From Octopus sinensis (Eukaryota): a DNA stretch of 54,392 nt. The notes beneath the pieces are model-generated. The model had not been told where the DNA came from and made no database searches. It was given only the letters and a program-made list of their open reading frames with translations. This document shows positions 12,936 to 25,650 of the stretch, piece by piece. The DNA lies in assembly GCF_006345805.1 (NCBI RefSeq), contig NW_021833845.1:1-54392 (forward strand), written 5' to 3'. The number at the start of each line of letters is the position of its first letter. Position 1 is the first letter of the stretch. The translations under genes were made by a program, and so were the position numbers.

Positions 12936-13121
12936 CGGCGACGACCATGATAGTATTGATTGCATTTGTTTGTTGTTTTTCTTGTTTTGTTTTTCCGCCA
13001 TTTTATTTTTATATCTGATTTGGTTTCAAGTTCTTCGTTGCAACATTCAAAATAAATTTTTTGTTATAAACATAGCCGCTGCGACTGCAGCATTATCCTC
13101 ATCATCATCATCAGCAGCAGC

Positions 13122-13160
<39 letters not shown>

Positions 13161-13178
13161 GGTGGTGGTGGTGGTGGT

Positions 13179-13220
<42 letters not shown>

Positions 13221-13264
13221 TAGTAGTAGTAGTAGTAAAAAAATATTATATAGAAGCATTTTTT

Positions 13265-13480
13265 ATCTTTTACTTGTTTCAGCCAGTCATTAGACTGCGG
13301 CCATACTGGGGCACCGCCTTGAAGAATTTTAGGTCGAGTGAAGCGGTCCCAGTACTTTTTTTAAAGCATGGTACTTACTCTATCAATCTCTTTGCCGAAC
13401 CGCTACGTTACGAGAACGTAAAAACACTAACACCGGTTGTCAAGCGCTGGTGCGGCACTAACACAGACGCAAACACACAC
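13265..13480 (-). mobile_element. SINE family A, 3' half
   Basis: Reverse complement of ..CCGATAGAGTAAGTACC..GCGGTGCCCCAGTATGGCCGCAGTC..TGACTGGCTGAAACAAGTAAAAG. Confidence 0.8.
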
Positions 13481-13588
13481 ACACGTGCGCACACACATAT
13501 ATACATATGTGTGTGTATGTGGTAGATAGATAGATAGGTATACATATATATATATATGTATGTATGTATGCATGTATGTATGTACGTA

Positions 13589-13633
<45 letters not shown>

Positions 13634-13639
13634 CTAAAT

Positions 13640-14345
13640 TGGTTCCCTAAAAAGACAAGAATATCCGATGAACTTCATCAATACGGCCATCTCCAAGGCC
13701 CAGAACATTCCAGTGACAACAATGAGAAAAACAAACCAAAAACATAAAAAGGACAATACAGTCATCCATTTTATCGTCACTCACAACCCAAGGAACTTCA
13801 ATATTGTGAAAGCCGCCAAACAATACCTCTCAGTTCTCCAGCAATCCCCACAATTAATGTACTCATAAAAGACTCACTAATGATATATAGCAGACGCCAA
13901 GCACCCAACCTAAATAAAATGCTCACCAGGACAAAATTTACGTCTAACATTGAAACAATGCAAGTTAAGAAAGGCGGGAACCCTCGATACGGAACTTGTG
14001 AATACATTGAAGAGGGTGGACAAATCTACTTTAGAAACAATGAGATTTTCAAAGTCAATGCAAACAGGAATTGCAAAACAAAGGAATTTACTGTGCAACT
14101 TGCCCACAATGTAAAGAGAACTACATTGGTGAAACCGGAACGGGACTGCATGACAGAGTTCGTGTACATAAACAACAAATTAAAGACCCATCTGTCAGAA
14201 ACATCACTTGCAGGGGACACTTTGCTTCATGCAGAAAGGGAAGATTCACAATCTTCCCTTTCTTTAAGTTACGGTCGGACAATGGACAGTTCCGGAATAT
14301 AAAGAAGAATTCTTCATCTTGAGGTACAAAACTCTACCGAACCCA
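13640..14345 (+). mobile_element. Penelope-like element, C-terminal RT thumb/linker and GIY-YIG endonuclease (frameshifted pseudogene)
   Basis: YPMNFINTAISKA..FIVTHNPRNFNI..IYSRRQAPNLNKMLTR..NCKTK / GIYCATCPQCKENYIGETGTGLHDRVRVH: GIY-YIG motif with the PLE-typical C-x2-C and YIGET. Confidence 0.88.
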
Positions 14346-14704
14346 AAAAAAATGAGATTCCACACTCCAATAACGTGATTCTCAGTTGTTGTTTTTTGGG
14401 GGGCGGGGGGTTGTTTTTTTTGTTTTGAAAAATACAAAGATGCATATATCCAAACTGAAGTGGATGGCATCGACACTTTCAATCATTTGATGGTTGAAGA
14501 GAAGAAAAAACCTCAGAGGTAAACTACCATTTCACTAACCCCTCTCCCCACAATGTATATGTGAACTTAAATACTTGAGTAGTGAAGATATGTATACATA
14601 TGTATGTGTGTGTACGTGTGCATGTGTATCTAGGCATATTGAAATATACAGGAGTGAATACGTATGCAAATATATGGGTTCGTATGAACTAGAAAATATA
14701 TAAA

Positions 14705-15070
<366 letters not shown>

Positions 15071-15811
15071 ATTTTTGTTTGTTTACATGTAAGGAACTAA
15101 ATATGTGAGCTAGCATGATCTCCCCCACCTTCCTCCCCCCATGTATAATATTAAAAAAATACATTTCTTATCAACAAACATTCCAGAACTAACCTTATAT
15201 ATTTTTCTTCTCTGCTATTACCCCCTTTTTATCAAAAGACACGTACCTTACACCTCATTAACACCCCTCCCCCACACACATCTAAACTCATCTTAAACGT
15301 AGAAAATTATGGAAGCTTTTCCTTATTAAATTAAGATTCTTGATTCAGCCATAAGAGAATTTGAAAAAACATCTGACCATTATATTTTTCACCAAAGGTC
15401 AACTATTCAAATGGAACCAGCAGGAGGCATTTCACAAAACCTTAATAAAAAATCTCGTTAAACACCCCACTTCATCTCAACTCCTTGCTTTTACCATTCA
15501 TTATTTTCTTTCAGCTCTTGTTCATTAACAATCCTTCACTCTCACATTTACTAACAAACCCCAACACCCAAATCTCTTGTATATAGAACTGCACAACACA
15601 ATACAACCTGAGATCAGTTTGACAATCGCCACCGACGAATGTGAGACGAATGCAATTGATTTGAACTACCAGTGAAGTCGTTTTCTTCTTTTTTCAAATA
15701 TAAGAACATACACACCACACCCACAACACACACCACACACATATTTATAAGTCGGTGCTCAGCATGCTGCAGTCATTGACTGAAACAAGAATGAATAAAA
15801 GATCTATATAT

Positions 15812-16016
15812 AGTTAATCCAAACATGAAACACCAAGAGAAAACACACAACGCAAGGAACGTGAGCCAAAATATAGTATTATTGGACGCTTAGGAAGGAA
15901 GGGAAGAGGAGGATTTGACGTTTCGAGCAGAGCTTCTCGTCAGAAACATAGGAAAAGGGAAGATCCAGAGAAGGGAAGACGGAGGAAAAAATGCCAACGG
16001 TAGACACGCGGTCACA
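15812..16016 (-). mobile_element. Short (TA)n-flanked element (Penelope pLTR-like), homologue of 10895-11095
   Basis: Flanked by TA repeats on both sides; shares TGTGAC..., GAAACGTC and GGATTAAC landmarks with the + strand copy. Confidence 0.72.
15913..15947 (-). ncRNA. Minimal type-I hammerhead ribozyme with a canonical core
   Basis: Minus strand: GTTT CTGACGA G-A-a-GC tct GC-TC GAAAC GTC AAAT; stem I GTTT/AAAT, palindromic ACGU stem III, GUC cleavage triplet. Confidence 0.75.
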
Positions 16017-16033
16017 TTATATATATATATATA

Positions 16034-16071
<38 letters not shown>

Positions 16072-16980
16072 CGGGAAGCTTTAATGAAAATAGACAAAGC
16101 TAAGGGCAGGTTGACGGAAAAAACAAAGACGAAGGCAAAAATACCAACAAACAATTGTATAGTATGGCGCTCAGGAAATATAATATAACATCTTTTAACG
16201 TTTCGAGCCTACATATATATATATATGTTACTCAAAATAAACAGTAACAACAATAACAACGACACAATGACACAAGCCACCGAATGTGCCTCTCAGTCTG
16301 CTAGAAACAGGTTCTAATCTCACTCATATCATACCTTATCTATGTGTGTGTATGCGTGTGGGTGCGTGTATATGTATGTATGTGTGTGTTGTGTGTGTGT
16401 GTGTGTGTGGTGTGTGTGTAACATTGATTTGAGTCAACGACTTTATATAACACCACGCTTCCATACATTTGATCATGTATAAATATTACCATGGCCTTCA
16501 ACTTATAAAAGGAATACATATATAAAGAACACAGAAGGTAAAATATATATATATACAAATAAAAATACAAATATATAGAACGGTCTATCAAAAGAAGGTA
16601 TATACAATCAACTAAAAATAAGCAATCCCAATGAATTACTAAAGCGTGTCAGGTGACTAAAAACCTAAATACAAATATTAATCGACTAAAAGATTATTTT
16701 ACTCCTGTCAATTAAAAATATATCAAAAAAAGTTCATTCCATAAAAACCTTGCTAGGTTGAAGTCCAGGAGGGTAAGAGGATTTTTTTATTATCTCTCTC
16801 AATTTCATTTGAGCATTTCTTTGTTGCAATCTTATAAAAACATTTTTGTCTCCATAAAAATTATTTCTTGTCGTATATATATATATGATGAGAATTTACA
16901 AAAAAAAAAAAAAAACGACGAAAACGGGTGTGTAAACAACAAACAGATGTATTAGTATAACGCTCGGGAAGTGAGAAAGT

Positions 16981-17016
16981 CTTTTACGTTTCGAGCCTAC
17001 GCTCTTCGACAGATAG
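16981..17016 (-). ncRNA. Hammerhead-like motif, CUGUCGA core variant
   Basis: Minus strand: CTAT CTGTCGA A GAGC gtag GCTC GAAAC GTA AAAG; same family as 48526-48561. Confidence 0.55.
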
Positions 17017-17295
17017 AAACACAAATAAACAAGGAGAGGAAATAAAAAAAGGTTTAGTGGCTAGCGATCTATTATAAGCATATATATATATATATTTAAG
17101 AAGTTAAAAGCTATCGTCGGTCATAAATTAATCATTGGTTTCACACCTATAAAGCGCAAAGCCGCATAGACGATTCGTCAGACACAAATAGCTGAAGGCA
17201 TTCAGCCATTCGAGTCTGATGAGTCGCACAAAAAGAAGAGAACATGAGGGAGTAAGTTTCAATAAATATTTAATGCTTACAAAGCAGGGAAAGAA

Positions 17296-17331
17296 TCTTG
17301 ACATTTCGGACTCTAGTCCTACATCAGAAAA
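17296..17331 (-). ncRNA. Hammerhead-like motif, slightly decayed
   Basis: Minus strand: TTTT CTGATGT A GGAC taga GTCC GAAAT GTC AAGA; two substitutions from the canonical core, stems I and II pair. Confidence 0.55.
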
Positions 17332-17813
17332 AGCATAAAGAATGAGAATCCGTGGTGGCAATATATATTGATAAATTTAATCATGTGACTGACCCACGTG
17401 TGTGATCTTGGTGCTGAACAACATCAACGACAACCATCCATAAATGACAGAAATTCCACTTAGTTGTACGCTGGTCTCTTTCCGGATAATGTTTCACGAA
17501 GGATGGTTTGAAATGCTTCTTGCGTCCATTACGCTGCACAACTGCTGTCTGTTGGGGTCCGGTCATTTTTTATATCAGCAAAGTGTTAGATACTCGAAGC
17601 GTATAAGTGACGGTCGTAGATATATCATAAGCGACTGTCGTAATACGAACACGCACGCTGTATGGTCATTCGTTGTTATTAGAGGAACATACTAAATGGT
17701 TTATATTATAATCTGACATTCCAACTACTGTATACATACATAGTTATATGCACACGCACATAGAATACAAGTGCGTAAAAATGTGCGTATACGCAGATAG
17801 ACAGACAGACAGG

Positions 17814-17883
<70 letters not shown>

Positions 17884-18655
17884 TATAGATATAGATAGAT
17901 AGATGGATAGATAGATATTCACTTATATTTATAAGCGCATAGGTTTGCCCACGCACATAAGTATAATGTATATAAGTATAAACACGGGATAAAAGCATAT
18001 TTATATGCCATTATATGCCTGTATAGATATATATATATATGTATGTATATATATTTATATATATATACATACATAAATCAATGCATACATACATGCATAC
18101 ATTACATACATACATGCATACATACATACATACATACATACATACATACATACATACATAACTACCATACATACATACATATGCATACATAAGCATATAT
18201 ATATGTGTGTGTGTGTATGTATATTGTGAAAATGGCGGTATACTGTTCGATTGAAGTAGTAGTGAATACGAACGTTTGTGACGGAAATTACTCGTGTGGC
18301 GGACTTAAGGCGAGAGTTGACGATCAAACAGAAATGCGTGAGTGTATTGGATGCTAATATGCTCGTGTGTGTTGTGTTCGTGTGTGTGTGTGTGTGTGTG
18401 GTGTGTGTGTGTGTGTGTGTGTGCGCGTGTGTGCGTGTGTGTGTGTGTATGCTGCGGAAATTACAACAGCAGATGAGATGAAATAAAGTTCATAGGAGAA
18501 AAATCAAAACAAAAAAAGCATGAGATAAAGGACGGGGGTTAAGGATGAGTGAGGGGGAAACACACAAAAAGCGTGTAAGAAAGTGGTGTGATGGGGGGGG
18601 AGAGATTGTGGATTGTTGCTGTTGTTGTTGCTATCGTTAACCTTAAAGATATTGA

Positions 18656-18701
<46 letters not shown>

Positions 18702-18990
18702 ATCTGCTCTCCTTTATTCTTTACTTGTTTTAGTCATTAGACTGCGGCCATGCTGGGGCACAACCGTAAAGAACTTTTACTCAAAGGAATCGACCCCAGC
18801 GCTTTCTTTTCACAAATCCTGCTACTTTTTCTATCGGTTTCTTTTTTCCGAAGCGCTAAGTTACAATGATTAAACACACCAAAACCAGCTATCAACAAGT
18901 AGTGTGGCGCACGAACACATACACAAAGGCACACACACACACATACACACACAAACACACACACACACACACACACACACGCATATATAT

Positions 18991-19510
18991 TCTTTTAGTC
19001 TTATACTTGTTTCAGTCATTTTACTGCGGCCATGCTGGAGCACCCCTTTAGTCTAACAAATCTACCCCAGGACTTATTCTTTGTAAGCCTAGTACATATT
19101 CTATCGTCCTCTTTTGCCGAACCGCTAAGTTACAGGGACGTAAACACACCAGCATCGGTTGTCAAGAGATGGTAGACAAACAGACACACAAACACATACA
19201 CATACATATGCATATATACATATGTATACGATGGGCTTCTTTCAGTTTCCGTCTACCAAATTCACTCACAAGCTTTGGTTGGCCCAAGGCTATAGTAGAA
19301 AACAGTTGGCCAAAGTGCCACGCAGTGGAACTGAACCCGGAACCATGTGGCTGGTAAGCAAGCTACTTACCACACAGCCGGGCTTCTTTCAGTTTCCGCC
19401 TACAAAATCCACTCACAAGGCTTTGGGCGGCACGTTGCTTTACCAGAAGACACTTGCCCAAAGTGCCACGCAGAGGGACTGAACCCGGAAACTTCTAGTC
19501 AGGAGGCAAA
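18991..19510 (-). mobile_element. SINE family A, near full-length, plus an adjoining second 5' half
   Basis: Reverse complement of GGCTGTGTGGTAAGTAGCTTG..GGTTCAGTTCCACTGCGTGG..GGAAACTGAAAGAAGCCC-(microsatellite)-..GCTCCAGCATGGCCGCAGT. Confidence 0.85.
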
Positions 19511-19580
19511 CTTCTGAGCCCACAACCAAGGTTGCGACTATTTCCGCTGCTGTTGACGTTTGTCTTGTTTTTATTGTAAA

Positions 19581-19878
19581 CTAGCAGTATCGCCCGGCGT
19601 TGCTCGGGTTTGTAAGGGAAATAACTATATAAGTATTTTTAGAGAGTTACTTCCCTTATATAATAGCAAAAAATGCATTAAAAATGGGAAAAATTATGGT
19701 AATTTTTTTTTTTTAATCGTAGACTCATTGTAGACGCGCGCTAATACCCAGAAGGGCTCGATATGAATCACGACTATAAGATACCCGCTTGTGGTTAAAC
19801 TGCACCGCAAAATGTGGGAGTAGTTAGGAATCTAAATCGTAGGAGACAGACACACAACTTCACTTTTATATATAAAGA
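19581..19878 (-). mobile_element. Non-autonomous Helitron (298 bp)
   Basis: On the minus strand: A|TC-TTTATATATAAAAG...CCCGAGCAACGCCGGG hairpin (19593-19608), 8 nt, CTAG|T; inserted in an AT dinucleotide with no TSD. Confidence 0.88.
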
Positions 19879-19899
19879 TGTGGTTATTGATGAGGTCGT

Positions 19900-20204
19900 C
19901 GCTGGCGTTGGTGTGCTGATGGTTGATGGTGATGGTGATGGTTGTAGACACAGGAGTTTTTATTGATGGTAAATATAAATTTTGATTAAAATCATTGTTG
20001 ATGTTGTTGTTGTTGTTGATGGTAAATATTGATGGTTATGTGGTTGTTGTTGTTGTTGTTGTTGTTCATATTGCAGTTGGTTGATAACTGTAGACGATGA
20101 TGTTGTTCATGGTGGTGGTGGTGGTGGTGGTGGTGGTGGTGGTGATAGTATTGATTATGATGATGATGATGATGATGATGAAGATGATGATAATGATGAT
20201 GATA

Positions 20205-20236
<32 letters not shown>

Positions 20237-20561
20237 AATGATGATGATGATGGTGGTGGTGTCGATGATGATGATGATGATAAATGTCAATATTGTTGAT
20301 GCTAAATTTTGTTGTTGATGGTAAATGGCTGTTATTGTAAACGCTGCTGCTGCTGCTGCTGCCGCTGCTGCTGCTGCTGCTGCCGCTGCTGCTATTGATG
20401 ACGATGGTGATGTTGACTGGACATGTTGATGTTTATTGTCAATTTTGATGGTCAATCTTGATTGTGTTATTGATCGATATTAAAAACTGACTTTTCCCCT
20501 CATAAGTGTTTTTATTGGTGTTATGGTTAATAAATGTTGTTGCTGTCGGTGGCGGTTGTTG

Positions 20562-20593
<32 letters not shown>

Positions 20594-20599
20594 GGTGGT

Positions 20600-20636
<37 letters not shown>

Positions 20637-21429
20637 GTCGGTGGTGGCGGTGGTGGTGGTGGCGTGGTGGTGGTGCTGGTGCTGGTGGTGGTGGTGGTGG
20701 TGCTGGTGGTGGTGGTGGTGGTGGTGGTGGCGGCGGCGGCGGTGAGGGTGGTGGTGGAGGTGCTGGTGGTGGTGGTGGTGCTGGTGCTGGTGCTGGTGCT
20801 GGTGCTGGTTGCGGTGGTGGTGGCGGTGGTGGTGGCGGTGGTGTTGGTGGTTTAGTTGCTAAATGTTGTTTGTTCTTCTTTTCAGTGACACTAAATATTG
20901 TTATTTATGTGGCAAATGTTGTTATTATTAATGGTAAGCTCTGTCACTGTCCATTAATTCTTCTTTGGGTTGTGCATATAAATGCTGTTGTTTTTGTTGC
21001 TGTTTGTGTTGCTGGTGGCGTTGTTGTTGTTGCTGTCGTCGTTCTTGCTCTTCTTGTTCCTGTTCTTATTCTTGTTGTTAGTCTTGTTCTTGTTGTTATT
21101 GTTTTTCTTGTTCTTGTGTTATTTTTCTTGTTGTTTTTCTTATCGCTGCTGTTGTCTTTCTTGGTCTTGTTGTTGTTGTGCTTGTTGTTGTCGTTGTTGT
21201 TTCTTTTGCAAGATGAAAAATGTCGATGTTTTTAATTGTAACTGTTGACGCTTTTGTTTATAATCTTGATGGTAAACTTTGCTGTTGCTTCTGATCGTGG
21301 ATGTCGACCTTAAGCAGTGTTCTTGCTGTTGTTGTTTTTGTTTTTGTTGTTGTTCTTGTTGCTGCTGCTGTTGATGTTTTTGGTAGTAAACACTTATATT
21401 CTTCCAGATTGCAACTGTGGTTGTTTATA

Positions 21430-21461
<32 letters not shown>

Positions 21462-21640
21462 AATGATGATGATGATGATGACGATGATGATGATGAAAAT
21501 GATGGTGGTGGTGTTGATATTGCTGTTGATGATATTGATGATGATGGTGATGGTGGCAATAGTAAGCGTAGTGGTGGTGATGATGGTAGTATTGGTGGGA
21601 GTGGTGGTGGTGGTGTTAGCGGCGGCGGTGGTAGTGGTGA

Positions 21641-21705
<65 letters not shown>

Positions 21706-21730
21706 GATGATGATGATGATAGCAATGATG
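19900..21730 (+). repeat. Large compound trinucleotide array (GTT/GGT/GAT/GCT/GGC/GAC) with conserved spacer segments
   Basis: Direct reading; source of the poly-G/V/D/M ORFs. Confidence 0.9.
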
Positions 21731-21735
21731 ATAGC

Positions 21736-21834
21736 TAAATTTTTCTTGAGAACATATCTTAGTGTTTAGTCCATAGCAGATCTACTTCTAGCATAAGGGT
21801 TGTCCACATGGTGGTCATTCCTCTCATATGTATA
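21736..21834 (+). repeat. ~100-bp direct repeat, copy 1 (copy 2 at 22268-22366)
   Basis: TAAATTTTTCTTGAG..GTCCATAGCRGATCTACTTCTAGCATAAGGGTTGTCCACATGGTGGTCAT..CATATGTATA occurs twice with few substitutions. Confidence 0.88.
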
Positions 21835-22357
21835 CAATTTACTGAACCTTCAGAATTTTAATATGCTAGACCATTGGTATTAAATTGATGTTAATTAAAT
21901 TAATATCCAATCTCTCACCCTCACTTTAAATTTAAATTTAAATTAATACGTTCTCTAACCGGCAAAAGCCACTGTAGTAAATTATTTTCTGCAGTATTGT
22001 TTTCCGATAATTTTGCGCGCCAAAACGAGGACTTTTGAAAAAATAATCGCACGCATAATGGGTAGAACTATATACAAATCTCACATCGTGCGGACGACTC
22101 CGTATATTGTTCTGCAAATTATATTTGTATAGACGGTCACACTGAGGATCTACGGACAAATTGCGTAAGTAAAATTACGCAATCTGTTAATAGTGAAACA
22201 TGTATGTGAATAATTTATATTTTTGTTACTTTTCATTTGTCTTGCTCGCTTACGTTCTGGTCTTTGATAAATTTTTCTTGAGTACATTTCTTAGTGGTTA
22301 GTCCATAGCGGATCTACTTCTAGCATAAGGGTTGTCCACATGGTGGTCATCCCTGTC

Positions 22358-22412
<55 letters not shown>

Positions 22413-22414
<2 letters not shown>

Positions 22415-22775
22415 CGCTAGAGTGGTTGTGTGGTAAGTAACTTCCTTACCAACCACATGGTGGTGGTGGTGGTGGCACCTTGGCCAAGTTTCTTCTACTT
22501 GTGAGTGGATTTGGTAAACGGAAACTGAACGAAGCCCGTCGTATATTTGTATATATATGTATGTGTGTGTGTGTGTTTCTGTGTTTGCCCCACCCCAACA
22601 TCGGTTGACAACCGGTGCTGGTGTGTTTACGTCCCCCTTAACTTAGCGGTTCATCAAAAAGAAACCGATAATATAAGTACTAGGCTTACAAAGAATAAGT
22701 CCTGGGGTCGATTTGCTCGACTAAAAAGTGATGCTCCAGCATGGCTGCATTCAAATGACTGAAACAAGTAAAAGA
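22413..22775 (+). mobile_element. SINE family A, full-length, diverged
   Basis: GGCGCTAGAGTGGTTGTGTGGTAAG..internal (TA/TG)n..GCTCCAGCATGGCTGCATTCAAATGACTGAAACAAGTAAAAG. Confidence 0.85.
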
Positions 22776-23257
22776 ATATATTGGGTAAGACTGTTACCCA
22801 ATGTGCCACGTAGTGGGACCGAACCCGAGACCGTGTGGTTGTGAAGAAGACTCCTTACCATAAGCCACTCCTGTGCTTAATAGTTGTGATTTGTATTTAT
22901 TTAGAGCAGCGAAATGAGCGAATGGATTATATTGATTGAGCTCCATATTCATAGGTCAGAAGTTTTAAATCGGCTGCAGATGTTTTCGCTCTGAGCACTC
23001 TATTCAGCACGAACACACTTTTGCATAACAACTCACAATTTATACACCAACAAATTTCACTCGCTCTTACGTACTTTTTCACCTCCAGCTAAGATTTTTT
23101 CAACTATGAATGTTAACAAATGTAGCAACGGAACGCCTTATAAATGGCAACGGAATTGATTTATTTTAGCCGTAAGGTATATTAAAACTAGTTGTTCACT
23201 TAATTTAACTTTTCCCCTCTCAGTCTCTTTCCAGTGAGAAAAGAATACAAAATATTA

Positions 23258-23650
23258 TATGGCTGTGTGGTAAGAAGCTTGCTTCTCAGCCACATTCACA
23301 TCGTTCTGGATTCAGTTCCACTGCATGACACCTTGGACATGTGTTTTTTAATATAGCCTCGGGCCGACCAAAGCCTTGTGGAAAGGTTTGGTAGATGAAA
23401 ACTGAAAGAAGACCATCGTATATGTATTTGTGTCTGCGTTTGTCCTCCGCCACCTCTTGACAACAGGTGTCGGTGTGTTTACCTCCCAGTAACTTAGCGG
23501 TTCAGTAAAAGTATCCGATTTAAGAAGTACCAGGCTTAAAATAATAAGTACTGGAGTCGACTGAAAATTTGACAAAAAGCTCTTCGAGGCCGTGCTCCAG
23601 CATGGCCGCAGTTTAGTGACTGAAAAAAATTTAAAGTTAAAAGATAAAGA
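23258..23650 (+). mobile_element. SINE family A, diverged copy
   Basis: GGCTGTGTGGTAAGAAGCTTGC..ATAGCCTCGGGCCGACCAAAGCCTTGTG..GCTCCAGCATGGCCGCAG. Confidence 0.8.
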
Positions 23651-24108
23651 TGTCTTAATATTTTTGTTGACCTCCAAATTTCAACGACGAAATACATTTA
23701 TGAGAAGAGAAAAATTCATTCTGCGAATTTATTCATGAAAGAAAAATTTTTTGGGCGACGAAATATATTTATCAAAGCCAAATACATTTAACGAGATAAA
23801 AAAATTTTTATTAAAGCAAAATAATGTTATCAGCAAAAATTATTAAAGCAAAATATTTATTAAAATTAAAAATATAACAAAAGTCATCAAAATTATGACA
23901 ATTTTAAAGCAATTTATCATGTAAAATTAACAGGATACTAAGAATTTTAGACAATTTAATAACGCCAAATTTTGAAGAATTTTACACAATTCGTTGGGGT
24001 AATATAAGAAATTTAAAAAATGCATGCCCTGCACTCATTCCTAATTTGGGCATTTGTTGCACATTGCATAACACGTGCTAGCATGATATTTAAGCTCCGT
24101 GGTTTATC

Positions 24109-24316
24109 GATGGAAAGTATAGATTTTGATAAAATTATTGTTGATGCTGTTGTTGTCGTTGACGGAAAAGATTGGTCATGTGGCTGTTGTTGTTGTTGTT
24201 GTTCATATTGTAGTTGGTCGATAACTGTTGACGATGATTCTGTTCATGACGATGATTCTGTTCATGACGATGATAACGATGGTGGAGGTAGTGGTGGTGG
24301 GGGTAACGAAGACGAC

Positions 24317-24352
<36 letters not shown>

Positions 24353-24388
24353 TATGATGATGACGACGATGACGATGATGATGATGAT

Positions 24389-24422
<34 letters not shown>

Positions 24423-24590
24423 CGATGATGATTATTATGATGATTATGATGATGACGATGATGACGATGATGACGATGATTATGATGACTATGATGACGA
24501 TGATGATGATGACGATGATTATGATGATGACGATGACGATGATGATGATGGTGGTTATGATGATGAGGATGACGATGATGATGATATTCA
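24109..24590 (+). repeat. Compound trinucleotide array homologous to 19966-20290
   Basis: Shares ~145 bp of non-periodic spacer sequence with the 20-kb array, followed by GGT then GAT runs. Confidence 0.85.
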
Positions 24591-24900
24591 TAGTTAGAGG
24601 TATTCAGCTCACGACCATCAGGTTGTGAGTTCAATTCCCGGCGATGCATTACGTCCTTGACCAAGAGACTTTATTTCACGTTGCTGCAGTCCACTTGGCT
24701 GGCAAAAACGAGTAGTATCTGTAATTTCAAAGGGGCCAGCCTGGTCACATTCTGTGTCACACTGAATCTCCTGGAGAACCATGTTAAGGGTTTACATGTA
24801 TCTGTGGAGTTCTCGGCAACATACACGTTAATTTCACGAGCAGGTTGTTCCATTGACTGGATCAACTGGAACACTCGTCGTCGTAAACGACGAAGGACCA
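24588..24900 (+). mobile_element. tRNA-derived SINE with a CCTTGAGCAAG-type core and the family-C (OR-like) tail
   Basis: B-box GAGTTCAATTCCC; core CCTTGACCAAGAGACTTTATTTCACGTTGCTGCAGTCCACTTGGCTGGC; tail TTTCAAAGGGGCCAGCC..ACGTTAATTTCACGAGCAGG..GGATCAACTGGAAC. Confidence 0.75.
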
Positions 24901-24904
24901 GTCT

Positions 24905-25650
24905 CATTTAGACTTAGGCTCTCCTGCGTCAGATGACGTATGGAGGAGGCAAATTAGTGCAGCAGGATCGATCAGCGCATCTTTCCATCGTAGATTTACC
25001 ACCTGAAGTTCCCTGTCGATCTGGTGATAGTTCATCTTGGGACGTCGCCTGCACCATTGCCCCTGCGGTGAGGTCCACTTAAACCTGATTGGTGGGTCTG
25101 TTTGTGAGGAGTCCCATGACATATACTAACCATTTGGTGTTGGTCCTTTTTTTTTCTTCGGACCTTCCCGTTCGATTTTTTATGTCTAATGTTTTTTTGG
25201 GGGTGTCTAATGTCAAAAGTGTCCAGTTTCTTTCCTTGGTTGCCTTTTCAGGTGTTGTATTTCACTGCGATTTACTTGTACTTGTGGCAGCATTTATACG
25301 GGGTGGTTTGAGCTGAATCCAACCAACGAGTTCATAACGCCTCTTACGAATGCTTACCGCATCCGACGGTTGGCCGTAACATTCCAGCATGCAAAGTAAT
25401 GCTTCTGCTTGTGGTCCAAATATCCAGCTTGCAAATTTGACAAATGTCCCACAGGGAGAGCAAATACTTCAGACATTGTGAACACCGTGGCCATAGTTGT
25501 CATTTGTTGCTAAAGGGTTGAGTTCATGTTTGGGGTTTCAGTGGGAATACAAGTTCACATGTGGTCCCTAGTCACATGTATTCACTCTTTGAGATAGTGT
25601 GATCCGTAGCAGCTCATCTTGCCGTCGCTGAAACTTTGCTGACCGAATCA
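24905..25650 (-). mobile_element. Degraded RTE-clade LINE, 3' region
   Basis: KRTNTKWLVYVMG..PPIRFKWTSPQGQWCRRRPKMNYHQIDRELQVVNLRWKDA resembles RRLRWLGHV.RM..PRIALKWTPQGKR.RGRPK.TWRR..E.EL....L.W; upstream frames only weakly RT-like. Confidence 0.6.

Noticed and set aside
11462-13259. Long ORFs (YIYI, poly-D, poly-M, poly-V)
   Set aside because: Translations of di- and trinucleotide microsatellites, open on both strands and in several frames.
17399-17443. Cadherin-like motif VILVLNNINDNHP (octopus protocadherin expansion)
   Set aside because: Followed immediately by a stop, spacing is off by one, no other cadherin motifs are nearby, and the DNA is AAC-repeat-like.
20066-21725. Gly-rich 233-aa and related ORFs as structural or biomineral proteins
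   Set aside because: They coincide exactly with compound triplet arrays; no signal peptide, splice sites or domain are recognisable.
24020-24628. 202-aa ORF with a hydrophobic N-terminus and an Asp-rich tract, like a secreted acidic protein
   Set aside because: The middle is homologous to the non-coding array at 19966-20110, the end runs into a SINE, and the Asp and Met tracts are the same GAT repeat in shifted frames.
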